NCBI GenBank assembly: GCA_051453625.1
Contig: JBOZIK010000001.1
Location: 3,222,760-3,278,301 of the forward strand
From: Welwitschia mirabilis
Taxonomy: Eukaryota
Direction: 5' to 3'
Length of the DNA stretch: 55,542 bases
Shown: piece after piece, positions 1 through 12,835 of the stretch
Numbering within the stretch: the first letter of the stretch is position 1
How the letters are laid out: every line of letters begins with the position of its first letter
The notes under the pieces: generated by a model
What the model saw: the letters and a program-made list of their open reading frames with translations, nothing else
What the model was told of the DNA's origin: nothing
The model's database searches: none
Program-made: the position numbers and the translations under genes

Positions 1-3000
1 CAATCTAAGATCTTTTAACCATTGAGAAAAACATCAACAATAAAGCATCTTCATTCAACTTAAAGTTCATGGACTTGTGAATGTTCTAAGATTGGGTGAA
101 TCCAATCTTACCACTAAAATGCCTAAGTCAAAAAACTAGTCATGGAAATAAAAACATAAATCAAGTTTAAAAAATAATCAAGTAATTCCATAATGACCTC
201 TAAAAGGAAACAGATAAGAGAAAATTCAAATGATTTACTCAATTAAGTCTAAATTTTTACCCATTAACTTTCTAAAATTCTTAAGCAGTTAGATCAAAAA
301 TTTTAATAGAGTTATAAAAATGTATTTTCATAAAATAATAGAAAAAATCATTATTTTATTGACTTTCATCCTTCTCATCATCCAGATGATCAAGACGATG
401 ATACACACAGGAAATAGAAATAGAATATAGAAGACTTATAGAAAAATAAATATAAAAAGTGAAAAAAGAGACTATCATCTACCTTATCATCTAGATGATA
501 GATTATTATTAAAGATAAAAAATTAAAAATTTAGATTATAAACAGAAATAAAAACTAAAAGTAGAAGAGTGAAAACAAAGATAATAAATAGAGATTATCA
601 AAATAGAAAGCTAAAAATCAAAATCAAAAGATCATGAAAGCTAAAAGGAAATATTAAAACAAGTAAACTTTATTTGAAACCTAAGATCTAATTCATACTT
701 TTATTGAATAAGAAAGAAAGAAAATAAAAGAAAAATGGTCTCAAGACATTTGTATTCTTTCAGAAAAATGAGATCTAAATTAGATATTCACCAATTGATA
801 AAACATAAAAAGTATGCAATCATTTTTCGGTAAAATCAATTGGAAGAAGAGAGAATAAAAAGATAATACTTAGATAGCAGAAATTTCAGAATTCAAATAA
901 GAGACAAAAGAATAATAAGTGTCATTGAAAAATAATCTCTTATGAAAACTTTGTGAATCTTGAGCTTCATTGGAAAATTCATGTGAAAAGAAATTTAAAG
1001 AAAGTTTTTAAGACAATTTTTAAGGATCTTTAAAATGTTTTCTATCATTTGATTTAAGACATGGATCTTTAAGAAGAAAAAAAGGTTTTTTCAATTTTGC
1101 ATAAGCACATGACAGTTTGTTTCTACAAGTATTAATGTAAGAGACAAAAAATTCATACAACTCATGGAAAAACAATCTCTTATCAAATGCATGAGATGAA
1201 GGATTTGAAACATAAATTGCATTTAGAGCTTGATGAACATGGAAGGCTTTATTTAAGATCTAAGGATTTGTAAGAAACTTATTAGGGTAAGAGATTAAGA
1301 TAGGTTTTAAATATCTAAGAAGCTATTTAAAATTTAATTTAAACCATGGATTGGGATTAAGAATATATGGTTTTCCCAGATTAAAGGTTCCAAGATATCC
1401 CAAATTTTATTTTGAAAAAGAATGATCAATGGAAGCACATGGTAGAGTTGACTTTGCAAATGAGAAAAAGATGTTACTTTTTGCACATGAAGTTTAAAAG
1501 GAAGAATTTGAAAGGTTTTTAAACTTAAGTACTCAAGATGATGTGGTTTATTATTTTTAAGGACAAGAATGTGATTTAGAAAGTTATTTTCTTCATTAAT
1601 TATTTCTTCTTTTTCTTTATGATTGATTGTTTCTTGCTTTTCTTTTTTATTTGGTTGAGGATCATTGCTTTTTTTTAAGTTGGTGGATTCCTCCAAAAGA
1701 TCATTAGAAAGATTATATAAAGGAAATCTCTAATTGTTTTCATCATTTGATGAAAGATATTTTAATGTTTCTTGGTTTGATTTCTCTTCCTCTTTGATTT
1801 TTTTCCTCTCTAAATAATTCCATTAACTCTAAACTATAATCCTCATTTGATTTAAGTTGATTAATTTCCATTGATTTCGTTTCAATGATGATTCCCCTTA
1901 ATTTCAAAAGTTAATCCTTTAGTATTGGTAAAACTCCTTCATACTTATAAAATATGTAAAAGTTTGGGATATGATCTAATATTTCAATGTCATCTTCTTC
2001 TTCTTCACTATTCTCATCATCTTGTTACATGTTATTTCTTTCATTAGAAGGGGAAATGTGATCATCATTTTTATCATAGATTAAAGAATTTTTAGATTGC
2101 TTATGAATGCACTTTTCATCTAACAAATGATTTTCTAATACCTCAACATCATCATCTAAATAGCCATTCTCATCTTCATTATTGAAAGAGATAGTAAAAT
2201 TGTCATTATCTATCCTTTGCTTATCTCCTAATGAGTATGATGATAAAGTTTGATCTAAAACTTATTCTCAATTTGAAAGAAAGAATCATAACCATTTATT
2301 CATAAGTTGTTATTATTTTCCTCAAGATAAGATGAATTAGGATAGTTTTGAGAAGTTGGCATTTGAAGAGATCCTTGATTTTGTAGCAGATTTTATTCAA
2401 TAATTACAACCACAGTTTCTATGAATTTGTTGGTATTTTAGTGGTGATTTTTTATTGAGTCCCTCAATTCTTTCATTAGATCATTTTCTTCTTTGTAGTA
2501 GTTCACGGGGATGGATGGAATGGGTAAAAGTTATTGTATGAGGTTGAATCTCTAAGATTTTTATTATTATTCATATATGGGTTTCTAAAAGGAAAGGAGG
2601 AATAATAAGATGGTTTAAAAGAGGAATGGACCCAATCCTATTCTCAACATAATTTTGTGTTGTTCTCTCTTTCTCTACTAAAAGCCCTATAAGTGTCTTC
2701 TTATCATCATCCTCAAATTATTTTTTTCCTTTTTTAGTAAGAATTTCCTGAAGTGTTTTATTACTATTATCCTCAGATTTGTTTTTACACCTTTTAATAA
2801 GAATTTTTTTATATGGTTACTTTTATCACTATTCATTTTTGAGAAGAATGGGAAGAAGAGGATCTAGTTCAAGATGAAGATAGGTGTTCAATGATGATTA
2901 GGTTTTAATGTTTTACAAATAAATAAGCTTGAAAATAAGATAATGTATGCACCTAGAGTTTGCATTCTTGATTTTATGTTGAAACTAAATAGTCTGTCTC

Positions 3001-4587
3001 TAATACTTTCTTCTAATAATAGCCCTCTTTTTTCTAGTCTTTTTCTAGACTAACAATGCCATAGTACTTGTAAATAAAGAAATAATAAAAAACAAATAAA
3101 AAACAACACTATCATCCTATCTATTGTGGAAACAACAAAAGGGATGACACACACAGAAACCAAGAAAATAGAAATAGAATAAAAAATTAAAATAGAAAAT
3201 GAAAAACTCATAACATAGGAATGTCATCCTCCTAGTTGTCTAGATGGCAAAGGAAACGACAGAGACTAATTTTATTATAGAAAAATTAAAATTCAAAAAT
3301 AAAACTAGAAATAAAATAGAAAACTAAAATTACACACTGTCATCCTATCTGTTGNNNNNNNNNNNNNNNNNNNNNNNNNNNNNNNNNNNNNNNNNNNNNN
3401 NNNNNNNNNNNNNNNNNNNNNNNNNNNNNNNNNNNNNNNNNNNNNNNNNNNNNNACTAGAAATAAAATAGAAAACTAAAATTACACACTATCATCCTATC
3501 TGTTGTGAGGATGACAGAAAGGACGACCACTATTTTTCTATAAAAAAATCAAAACTTAAAACTGAAATTGAAAAATAGCAAAAGAAAAAAAATAAAAACT
3601 AAGAACTTAAAAACTGAAAAAAATAAAAACCAAAAACCAAAAAACTAAAAACCAGAAAAATAAAAATTGAAAAATCAAAAAACCAAAAAAATATAAACCA
3701 CAAATAGAAAACCTATGAGATAAAACCTAATATAATATATAATGCAAAATGATCCTAATACTACTTGATTTTAGCCTTAACAAAGGCTGTCATTAATAAT
3801 CTATATTACCTAAGAAATTGTCATTAGATAAAGGGCAACATAGACTATAGGGGTCATTAGAAAATTTACAATGTAATATAAACATGAAAATAAAACAAAG
3901 TTTATATTAATAATAAGTAACAAGAATCTGGGTTACAAAATAGCTAGGTCTTAATGGAGGATACATAGCCCTTCATCAAGTCTACATTTTTTTACAACAC
4001 TTAAGATGGATATCTCATCCTTCAATCTCCCATTATGAGAATTTCTGATGCAACAAAAATAAGGAATAAGAGTCGAAGAGGGACTTATTTATAAGAAATC
4101 CCAGTAGAAAAATATAAATAGAAGGTATGACTAGGCAAACTTATAAATGAAATGGACAAAACACTCAAAGGTTAGTTATCAGAGTCAGTTATATATCAGT
4201 GTCAGCCTGGATGTCGTCTAGATGATGAAAGGGATGACAGTTCATCATAAAAGATAACTCATCAAGCATCTCTGTAGTTAATTTAGTATTCCACACTAGC
4301 AACTTAGCAGTGTTGTGATGCTACTTGTCATGGAGACGGTGGAGGAATGATGGTCTTCTTTGATCATTTTCTTGAGGATAAACTTAGCATTTTTATTAAT
4401 AATTCTTCTTTAAAGCTTTGTGCATTAGAATGTGCCTTTAACATATTAAATTTAAGTAAGAAATGCATATTTCCAAGATTTCCTATTGTATCTCCAAAAT
4501 CCTTAGAATTGCACCTAAGCTTGTGTAAAAATCCTACAAAATAACTTATAAAACCCTATTAAATAACCATAAATTGGCAGTGCAACA
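1..4587 (-). mobile_element. Athila-like Ty3/Gypsy 'family A' copy A1, non-autonomous/internally deleted, runs off the window start
   Basis: The reverse complement starts TGTTGCACTGCCAATTT at 4587, like the family-A LTR starts at 20983, 29189 and 52317. Region ~1-2900 is the reverse-complement homologue of ~24300-26500 (e.g. 2040-2260 vs 24887-25110). An integrase C-terminal 'KVNG' remnant lies near 250-275. Confidence 0.75.
3740..4587 (-). repeat. Partial 5' LTR of copy A1 (diverged family-A subfamily)
   Basis: TG start and recognisable homology to the family-A LTR up to the shared 'cctttgttaaggct' motif (~3775-3788 rc vs ~30092). The 3' end and PBS are not resolved. Confidence 0.6.
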
Positions 4588-4989
4588 CCATTATCATATC
4601 TTTTCTAAAATCCCTTATCTTTTTACATTAAAATTATATGTTTTAGTGGATTCTATAATTTTTAATTAATAGCCCATCATAAAATATTTTATATTTAATC
4701 TTAACCTCTCATGCATCATTAAATTATATCTACTATAAACTGCATACTAAAAGTAATAAATAACTAGAATATCAACTACTCAAATTAACTATGATATTGA
4801 TTTTAATTAAAAATACTTAAAACCTATATTTTAAATTGGTAAAACCTTAACTATGAATTCTATTAGTATTATTTTAATTATATTAACATTATTTCAGATA
4901 GATAAAAATATTATTCATCTATTGTTACCTAAGAAAAATTTAAATGCATTATTAAAACCTGAATATTTATCTATACCCTCATATATGGT

Positions 4990-7900
4990 TTTAATCCCTT
5001 ACTAAATAAAATTGAAATAAAATTATTCCTCATTAACTTATTACCCCAATTTCATGGCCTAGATTCTCAAGATTTCTATGAATACATAAAGGAATTTAAA
5101 GTCTTAATTTAACTAATAAGAGATCAAGGTAAAATAGCTAGGATGAAGATTTTTCCCTTTTCATAACAAGAAAAATGAAAATCTTGACTACATGATGTAA
5201 ATCTATGTTTTATCACATTATAGAGATACTTTTCACATGATTTTTGGAAAAAGTACGTCCTAGCATATAAAACTGGTGAACTTAAAAGGAAAATTATGAA
5301 CTTTCAAGAATAAGATAAAGAACCTTTGCATAAGGAGTTTAAGTGATTGTGAGACTTATTAAAGGGATGTTTATAATATGGCTTTAAATCTTAAAAACTA
5401 TTAAGCTTTCTCTTCAATAGATTAACTCCATAATGTAGGAAATAATATAAATTCTGAGTGGTGTAAATTTTAGGGATAAAGAGTAAGGTAAAGCATGGAA
5501 AACTTTGGAAGACATAGTTAAGAGATTTAAAAATTATAAAATCCATCTTAGAAATACTAAAGAAGCTAAACAATAATTTCAAGCTATAAGACAAAGAGTT
5601 TATAAGCTAGATAAGAAAAAAGTCTTCTCAAGAAATCAAGCCACATAACTAAGCAATTAGATAGCCTTAATACATCTAAACATAAAGGAATGAATGGTGA
5701 CAATATGTGCACTACATGTACCTTTGATACGCATGAAATTGGTAAGTTCTATATTTATTTTATTCTACAAAGAGATACTAAGTAGATAAGTAAACATTAT
5801 ATAAATTAAGAGGACCTTTTTAGAATAATAACAAAAAAGACCATCATTTCATTTTCAATATTCTTTTAACTTAAATTGAAGATAAAAATTCAAATTTTCA
5901 TGGAAGGTCACATAGAATGGGTCATCTACTTTAAAATAATTCATATAATTATTACTAAGGGACATTTTAAAATAATTCATAAGGATCTAATTGGTTACCA
6001 ATAATAAAAGCCTAAAATCAAGAAGAAAACATCTTAAACTCTTTAACATTTAGAATGAGAATTGAACCAACTTTGTCAAACTCAAACCTACATATTAAAT
6101 ACATTTAATAAGAGAAAAAAGGATATGATTCTAGCCCAATATATTCCCAAAATAGAGGGTATCAACACTATGGAACAACAAGTAGTAGTGAAGAAAATTA
6201 ATGCTCTCTTACTTAGAAGTGAATTCCACATAAATAGACATGTCCAACCATTAAGAAAGAACCTTTTACATTTCACTCCTTATCTCAAATCAATTCCAAA
6301 GTTAAAACATATAAAGAGGATAATATAGAGATGTTTAGATGTGAGGAATTCTAAAAACACTCTATTCCAAAATGTCTTACATCATTAGGTAGGAAAATAC
6401 TTGAGGAAGAATATGTAAAAATCTTTAAAAAGTGACAATAGACATTTTACTTTTGGATGTTATTAAACAGGTTTCATATTATAAAATTTCTTTTAGATAA
6501 TGTAAATTATAAAGAGCAAAATAAATGTTAATAAAAATTTCTTTCTAGTCCAATAACTAAGTGCCATATTTTAAAACAAACTTCTATTAAACTTAGATCC
6601 AAGTTCTCCAAAAATCTAATATGTCATAGATGAAAATATAATAGACATATCCCTAATACATCTAGGATTTATCATGAACTTAATGCTTTCACTATGTACA
6701 AAACTTGGTTTAGAATAACTAAAAAACTCTACAATAATCGTACAACTTGTTGACTACTCAACTAAGACTCATAAATGTATAGTAGAAGATATTTTAATAT
6801 AAGTGAATAAAGTTTACTACTCATTACACTTTATAGCTTTAGAGATGAAATAAAGCTCAAGGGATTTCCTCTTATCTTAAGAAGATCATTTCTAACCACT
6901 GATAACTCTCTAATGAATTAAATAAAAATAGTAGTAAAAATGTCATTTGGAAAGATGAACATGAAGTTGCAAGTTTTTCATGCAATAAGAAAGAACCTCA
7001 TGAATAACTTAGAAGATCTAGACTTAGTTGAAATAGATGAAAATGAAGTTCTTTAATATCTTCTTAGAATATAATCCATTACATAAGCATCATGTAGAAG
7101 CAAATCTTACTCTTGAGAAGAATCCTAACTCCGAAACATGTCATAAAAAGGATAAATTTGAACTTGCACCACATGCACCATAAAGATAATCTTCTAATGA
7201 ATAATGCATACCTATTTTTAAATTTAAACCTCTATTTAAAAATCTAAAATATTTATTTCTTGGAGATAACTAATATTATCTCATAGTAGTCTCTATTAAG
7301 TTATCAAATTACTAAGATAATTAATTCCTATATTGAAGTGATGAAAGAAGGCTAGAGGATGAACTATGTATAATTTAAAAGGAATTCATTTTGTTGTATC
7401 CATTCATGGAATTTGTTTAAAACAAAATGATAAGCCTGATATATAGCATTAATATAAACTTAATCCTCATATCAAATAAGTATTGATAAAGAAAGCCCTT
7501 AAGTTTCTAGATGCTAGGATCATGTATTTAATTATAGCTAGTTAATAAATAAGCCCTATATAAATTATTCCAAGGAAGTTTGAAATTATAATAACTGTAA
7601 ATGACAATAATAAATTAATTTCAACTAAAGTGAAATTAGAGTAAATGATATGCATTAAATATAATAAATAAAACATTATGACACATAAGAATTGTTTTTT
7701 TAACCCTTTTTTAGTTAAATATTAAAGATACAAGTGGGTCATAGGTACTACTATTTCCTAGATTAATACTTTAAATATAACTAAATAAAAAATTACCCTT
7801 AAAGACTAAGAAAATACAGCCTTTACATGTTTATTTGGAACTTTAACTTATAACATAATTTCCTTTGGCCTTTTTAATGCCCTAGCCATCTTCTAATAAG

Positions 7901-10020
7901 GCATGATGAGTATCTTATCTAACATGATTAAGAAATTTATTGAAGTATTTATGAATGAATTTTTTATTTTTGATGAAACCTTCAACTCATGTATACTTAT
8001 CTAGAACTTGTTATTACATGGTACAAAGAAAAAAAAATCTCATTCTTAATTATGAGAATTATAATCTCATAGTTACAAATGATATAGTCTTATAACATGT
8101 GATTTATAGGAATGGGATAAAAATGGACCTTATCAAAGTTTAACTTATCAATCATCTTTTCATTATTTAAAATATTTAAGATGTAAGATATTTTCTTGGA
8201 TATGTAATTTATTGTGAAAGATGTATTAAGAATTCTCTAAAATATTAAAATCCTTGAGTTATCTTCTCATTAAAGATGTTTGTTTTAACTAGAACTATAA
8301 TTGTAAGAATACATTTAATAAATTAAAACATCTAATGACTTCATCTGCTATATTATAACCTCCTAGTTATTCTTTTTTATTTTGAGCTATTATGTAATGC
8401 AAGTAACTATGCTATAGATATAAATTTAGATTAATGAAAATATGAAAAACCATATGCTATTTACTATGCAAGTATAATATTACAATATCCTAAACTAAAC
8501 TAATAATAACTGAGAATGATCTCTTAGTAGTAGTTCTTTCCTTGGAAAAATTTAGATCATATTTTACAAGTTTAAAAAGTGTCATCTTCACTAATCATTC
8601 CAATCTAAAATACTTATTGAATAAGAAGGACTCTAAGTCTAGGTTAATGAGATAAATACTACTTATAAAAGAGCTTTATCTTAAAGTTAATGGTATATAG
8701 AGAGTGGAAAATGTAGTTACTGATCACCTATCTTACGTTAGGCCTAACTTCCTACCTCCATTAGATTCAATTCTCATAAGTGACTCCTCTCCTAATGAGA
8801 AAATTTTATTCTTCCAAAAAAAAGCATTTGTATGTTGATATTGCTAACTATCTTACCACTTGTGAACTCTCTAATCCTTTGGATAAATAAGATAAAAAGT
8901 GATTCTTACATAAGGTAAGTACTTTTTAATTGAACCCTACCTTCTTAAATAGCTCCTTGAATAAATAACACATGTGTGCATTCCATAATTTAAAACTTTA
9001 AATGTATTATAATTCACACATGATGAAGTGTGTGGAGGTAATATTTAGCTAAAAAGACTTCTCATAATATCCTTTCATATAGACTCTATTGAATAACTCT
9101 TTTTAAATATGTTTATGAATAATAATGTTACTACTTCGTAATACTAAAATAAGAGACAAGATATTCATCTCACATATTTTTAAGATTTGACCATTCAATA
9201 TTTGGGGTATAGAATTTATTGGGTGATTACCCCATGTTTTGAATAGTTGTACATATTAGTTTAGAAATATTACATCACTAAGTGATGTGAAACTATCCTG
9301 ATTAGGACTAACAATGTTAGAGTTATTGTGAGATTCCTAAAAGAACATATCTTATAGTGATTTAAATATTATAAAGTTATAATGAGTGATATATAAACTC
9401 ATTAACTTACTTTTACACTAACATATTGACCAATGTAATGGGAAAATTTGAAATAACTTACAAAGTTATAACACCTTATCATTTATAAACTCATGGTCAA
9501 GTAGAAGTTATGAATGAAAAGTTAGAAAGGATTCTCTAGAAAATAGTAAAGTCTAATAGAAAAGATCTCTTTCTCTATCTTAATGATTCTCTTTGGGTCT
9601 ATGGACTTCCTATAAGATCATTGAAATAATACCTATAGACTTGTACTTACGAAATTTTATTATTTTCTCTTGAAAATTAAATGCAAAGATTTTTGAGCAA
9701 TAAAATAGCTAAATAAAAACCTATATAAAGCCTTATAATTGAGGAAGCTTAAGCTAAGAGAACTTGAATGAATTATGAATGAAGTCCAATCATAAGAAGC
9801 ACATTTTTAGAAAATCCTTTAAACTAAAGGATCTAGTCATACTATCTGATTTAATAATTTAAAAATTTCTTGATAAACTTGTATCTACATGGATTAGATT
9901 CTTTAAAGTATTATAAGTATTTTTTAATGATGCTCTCAACATTTTAAACCTCAAGGACAACTATTCTTTCAAATTTAATAATCAAATACTTAAACATATT
10001 TATGAATCTACATTTCTATG
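4990..10020 (+). pseudogene. Degenerate Athila-type Ty3/Gypsy gag-pol (gag, protease, RT, RNase H, integrase)
   Basis: Motifs seen through many stops: gag 'LLPQFHGLDSQDFYEYIKEF' (~5038-5097) and 'RMKIFPFS'; protease 'QLVDYSTK...IVEDILI' and 'PLILRRSFLTT'; RT 'SFGLFNALAIF' and 'IEVFMNEF' (YxDD equivalent, ~7948-7962); RNase H 'ENVVTDHLS'; integrase 'TPYHL*THGQVEV' and C-terminal 'FKFNNQILK'. The order PR-RT-RH-INT is that of Gypsy. Confidence 0.9.
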
Positions 10021-11606
10021 CCATGACTTTGATCTTATCTACTTAGCTTAGAATTATAGGTAATAAGAAGAAGACATAAAAGAAGAAAACTTAACAAAAA
10101 AAAAAAAACAATATTAAGCAAAGTTAGAATTAGTGTCACTTAAGAAATGAAGTCTTGATAATGTTAAGTTTTATAATTTATTCTTGGATGAAATCTAGAA
10201 TTATGATAAGAACATAGATTATTTAGTTCACATACAAGACTTTAATCCTTTAGGTATCTTCTACTACTAATTTGATTAGGGACTCATTTGATGAATAAAC
10301 TCTAAAGAAAATATTTATGATTTTTTTATGTTTATCATACCTGATATTATGTATAGACTATAAACTTATTATGATTTTAAATAAATTCATATTAATCATT
10401 ACAAATTTAAAATTTTCTATTTTGAAGATATGACTTAAAACCTTCATATGATATGGAGGAAAAAGATCATATGAAAACATATAAGATGAATAACTTCATG
10501 GTACACATTCGTACTATTAGATAAGATACTTTATATGTACAACTTCTTTTATTTGCATGGAAAAAATATATGCTATTTAAATTATAGGCCTTCATACCAT
10601 TATGATCAATTATGAGAATGACATATGTCTTTGTTGATAATTAATGGTGAAAATTAGCTAACTTATACAAGAATGTTTTAGACATCCTATTTCTAGAAAA
10701 TTAGAACATATGTAATTATCATTTAGCATGGGGAATGGCTAGATGATATATTTTATGCTATAAGTGGACATCTTTTATATTACCACATTTATAATTTACT
10801 TTTTCTTAGATTTGCTACATGGAATACTTTATAATTCATATATCATGATTTATTTCATTGATGAGAAAGCTAGGATGTTTAATTTGGTATATGCATAATG
10901 AAATTAGATGTGATTTTTAAAGGACCTTTTCTTTTTTGATGAATTATTTCTTTTATAATCATGATGAACCTATAGCTATTAAGCAAGTGAACAACAGGGA
11001 TACATTGTATTACATGTATGCTAGGAATGAGATTAAATATCATCATAATAATATTAAAAGTATTATTTAAAATAAAATTTTAGAATGTAAAGTTATTTTT
11101 GGTTTATTTATTTAAGTGAATTACCATATTGTTTTTATTATTTTTCATTTTAGTAGAATAAGACCCCTTGCTTAGGGGAATAAATACAATTTAAAACCTT
11201 ACCTCATTGACAACACCATGAGTAATGCTTTTTAATGATTTAGATTATATTCATAAACCTAGATATCATTTATTATTAATTATTATAATTATTTTTTTAA
11301 AAAAAGGTATGTATATTAAGCTAGAAAATGTACATTAGGGGCGAAAATGCCTAAGAATAATAGGACAATTAAGCTGTTCAAAAAAGGGAAGTAGTTTACT
11401 AGCTGGTAAAGAGGGAATTAAGATACAAACCAAAATGGGGATGAAATCACCTATAGTCACAAGAATCTTCCTATCTAGTAGAGCAAGCATAGTAAAATAA
11501 GAAAAAACATATTACTGCTGACAGACTGGGGGCAAAAATACCCCCTTAAGATTAAAAGTTATAAAAAAATTCAGTTCTAGTGAGGAATAGACTTAAACAG
11601 GGAGGG

Positions 11607-12835
11607 TTAAAACCATCTATAAAATGGGAACATGTTATCATGATTATGGTCAAGAAGGAATTGACCCAAATCATCAGAGAGGACTTTAAATGCTTGATTT
11701 ATCTCCTTAAATTCTATGACACTTGTTGGATTTTTTTCTGGATGAAGACAAAGGGCTTTCTTCTTATAACTCTATTTAACGCTATGAGACAGGGCTCTAT
11801 AAGAGAGCCCTAATGTGATGACGGGATCTCTCTTCAGTTTCTGAATAGTTGCCAGTGACACCTTCCATCTAGCTACATTCATGTTAATGTCCTCCTATGG
11901 TTGAGGTCAAATTTCCAATGAAGAAAAATCTGAAGTGGAGTTTTATGAAGAGCTAGGGCTTAAGGCTAAAGTAGGGGAGGGCTAAGCATACTTATCTCAC
12001 TCCTGAGAGTTAGGTGATGGTTGATCCTGAGCCAGTTCATAGGCTATGCTGGAGTAAGGCTCCTTAACTATCTTTTGTTGGATTGGGAGTGAAGATGTCT
12101 CTCCTAAATGATCTAGGGACGAAGTCATCCATTTCTTACTAGGGTTGCCATGCACAGTGGATTCCTTTGGAATAGGTTTTCTTTCAAAGGAGGTTCTTCT
12201 TACAGAGGTTTTCTTAGGAGGAGTCTAGTGAGGATGATGACTAGGGGATTGGGGAGGGACTTATCTTGCACTTATTTCTTATGCTGCTCTTTAAGGGACC
12301 AAAAATAATCCTAAGTATCTTAAGGAATCCTTTTGTTTAAGAACTTGGATAAAAAAGAATGGCAGGTTTACCTGACATCCCAAGTTAAGAGCTTTGAAGA
12401 AAGCAAAATGAATACCTAAAAGTTTAAAGTAATTCCTTGATTAGATGAAGTAAATCACAAGTTCTACACCTAGTCCCTAAAAGAGCAATAGTGCCTTCTT
12501 AGTAATGTGCTCGCTGGGCAGTTTAGGAACCCCACCGAGGAAAAAGTAGAGTGCTTTATGTTGCTCTCTACTTTTAAATGAAATTCGCTTACCTTCTGTA
12601 GGGATATCCAGTATCCTGGAGAGAGAGAGTCTTTAGTGATTTTTATTAGACTTCTTCACAACATGCTGCATCCTTCTTTCTATCATTTGTAGAAGGGGGA
12701 GATATCAGTCCTCTAGTCTCCTCTAAGCTTATGCAGAAGGGGTCTTCACCCCACCGCCTATACTTTTTCTCATAGAGCAGGGCATTCTTTGAAGAGGCTT
12801 GAACTAGAAGGCTTAATTATTGATATGATCCTCAT
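11607..12835 (-). pseudogene. LINE-borne extra ORF ('ORF3'): env-like/Transposase_32-like domain + Ser/Pro linker + DnaJ J-domain
   Basis: ATG at 12835-12833 to TAA at 11609-11607. One frame throughout except a 2-nt slip in a (CT)n run near 12620-12630. Internal stops are mostly explainable as CAA/CAG/CGA/TGG transitions. N-term 'VG*RPLL...SPFYK...IKITKDSLSRILDIPTEG...ALNLGCQVNLPFFFIQVL'; C-term is a J-domain. Confidence 0.75.
11648..11828 (-). pseudogene. DnaJ/Hsp40 J-domain remnant
   Basis: 'DPVITLGLSYRALSHSVK*SYKKKALCLHPEKNPTSVIEFKEINQAFKVLSDDLGQFLLDH' matches the J-domain pattern (LG..., YK/RKLAL..HPDKN, FKEI..A..VLSD). HPE lies at 11744-11736. Confidence 0.88.

Noticed and set aside
11580-11813. 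Plus-strand 77-aa ORF
   Set aside because: It is the antisense shadow of the minus-strand J-domain and has no recognisable motif.
11607-11880. Functional host DnaJ gene
   Set aside because: It has an in-frame stop inside the domain, HPE instead of HPD, no introns, and lies within a LINE bounded by poly(A) and a candidate TSD.
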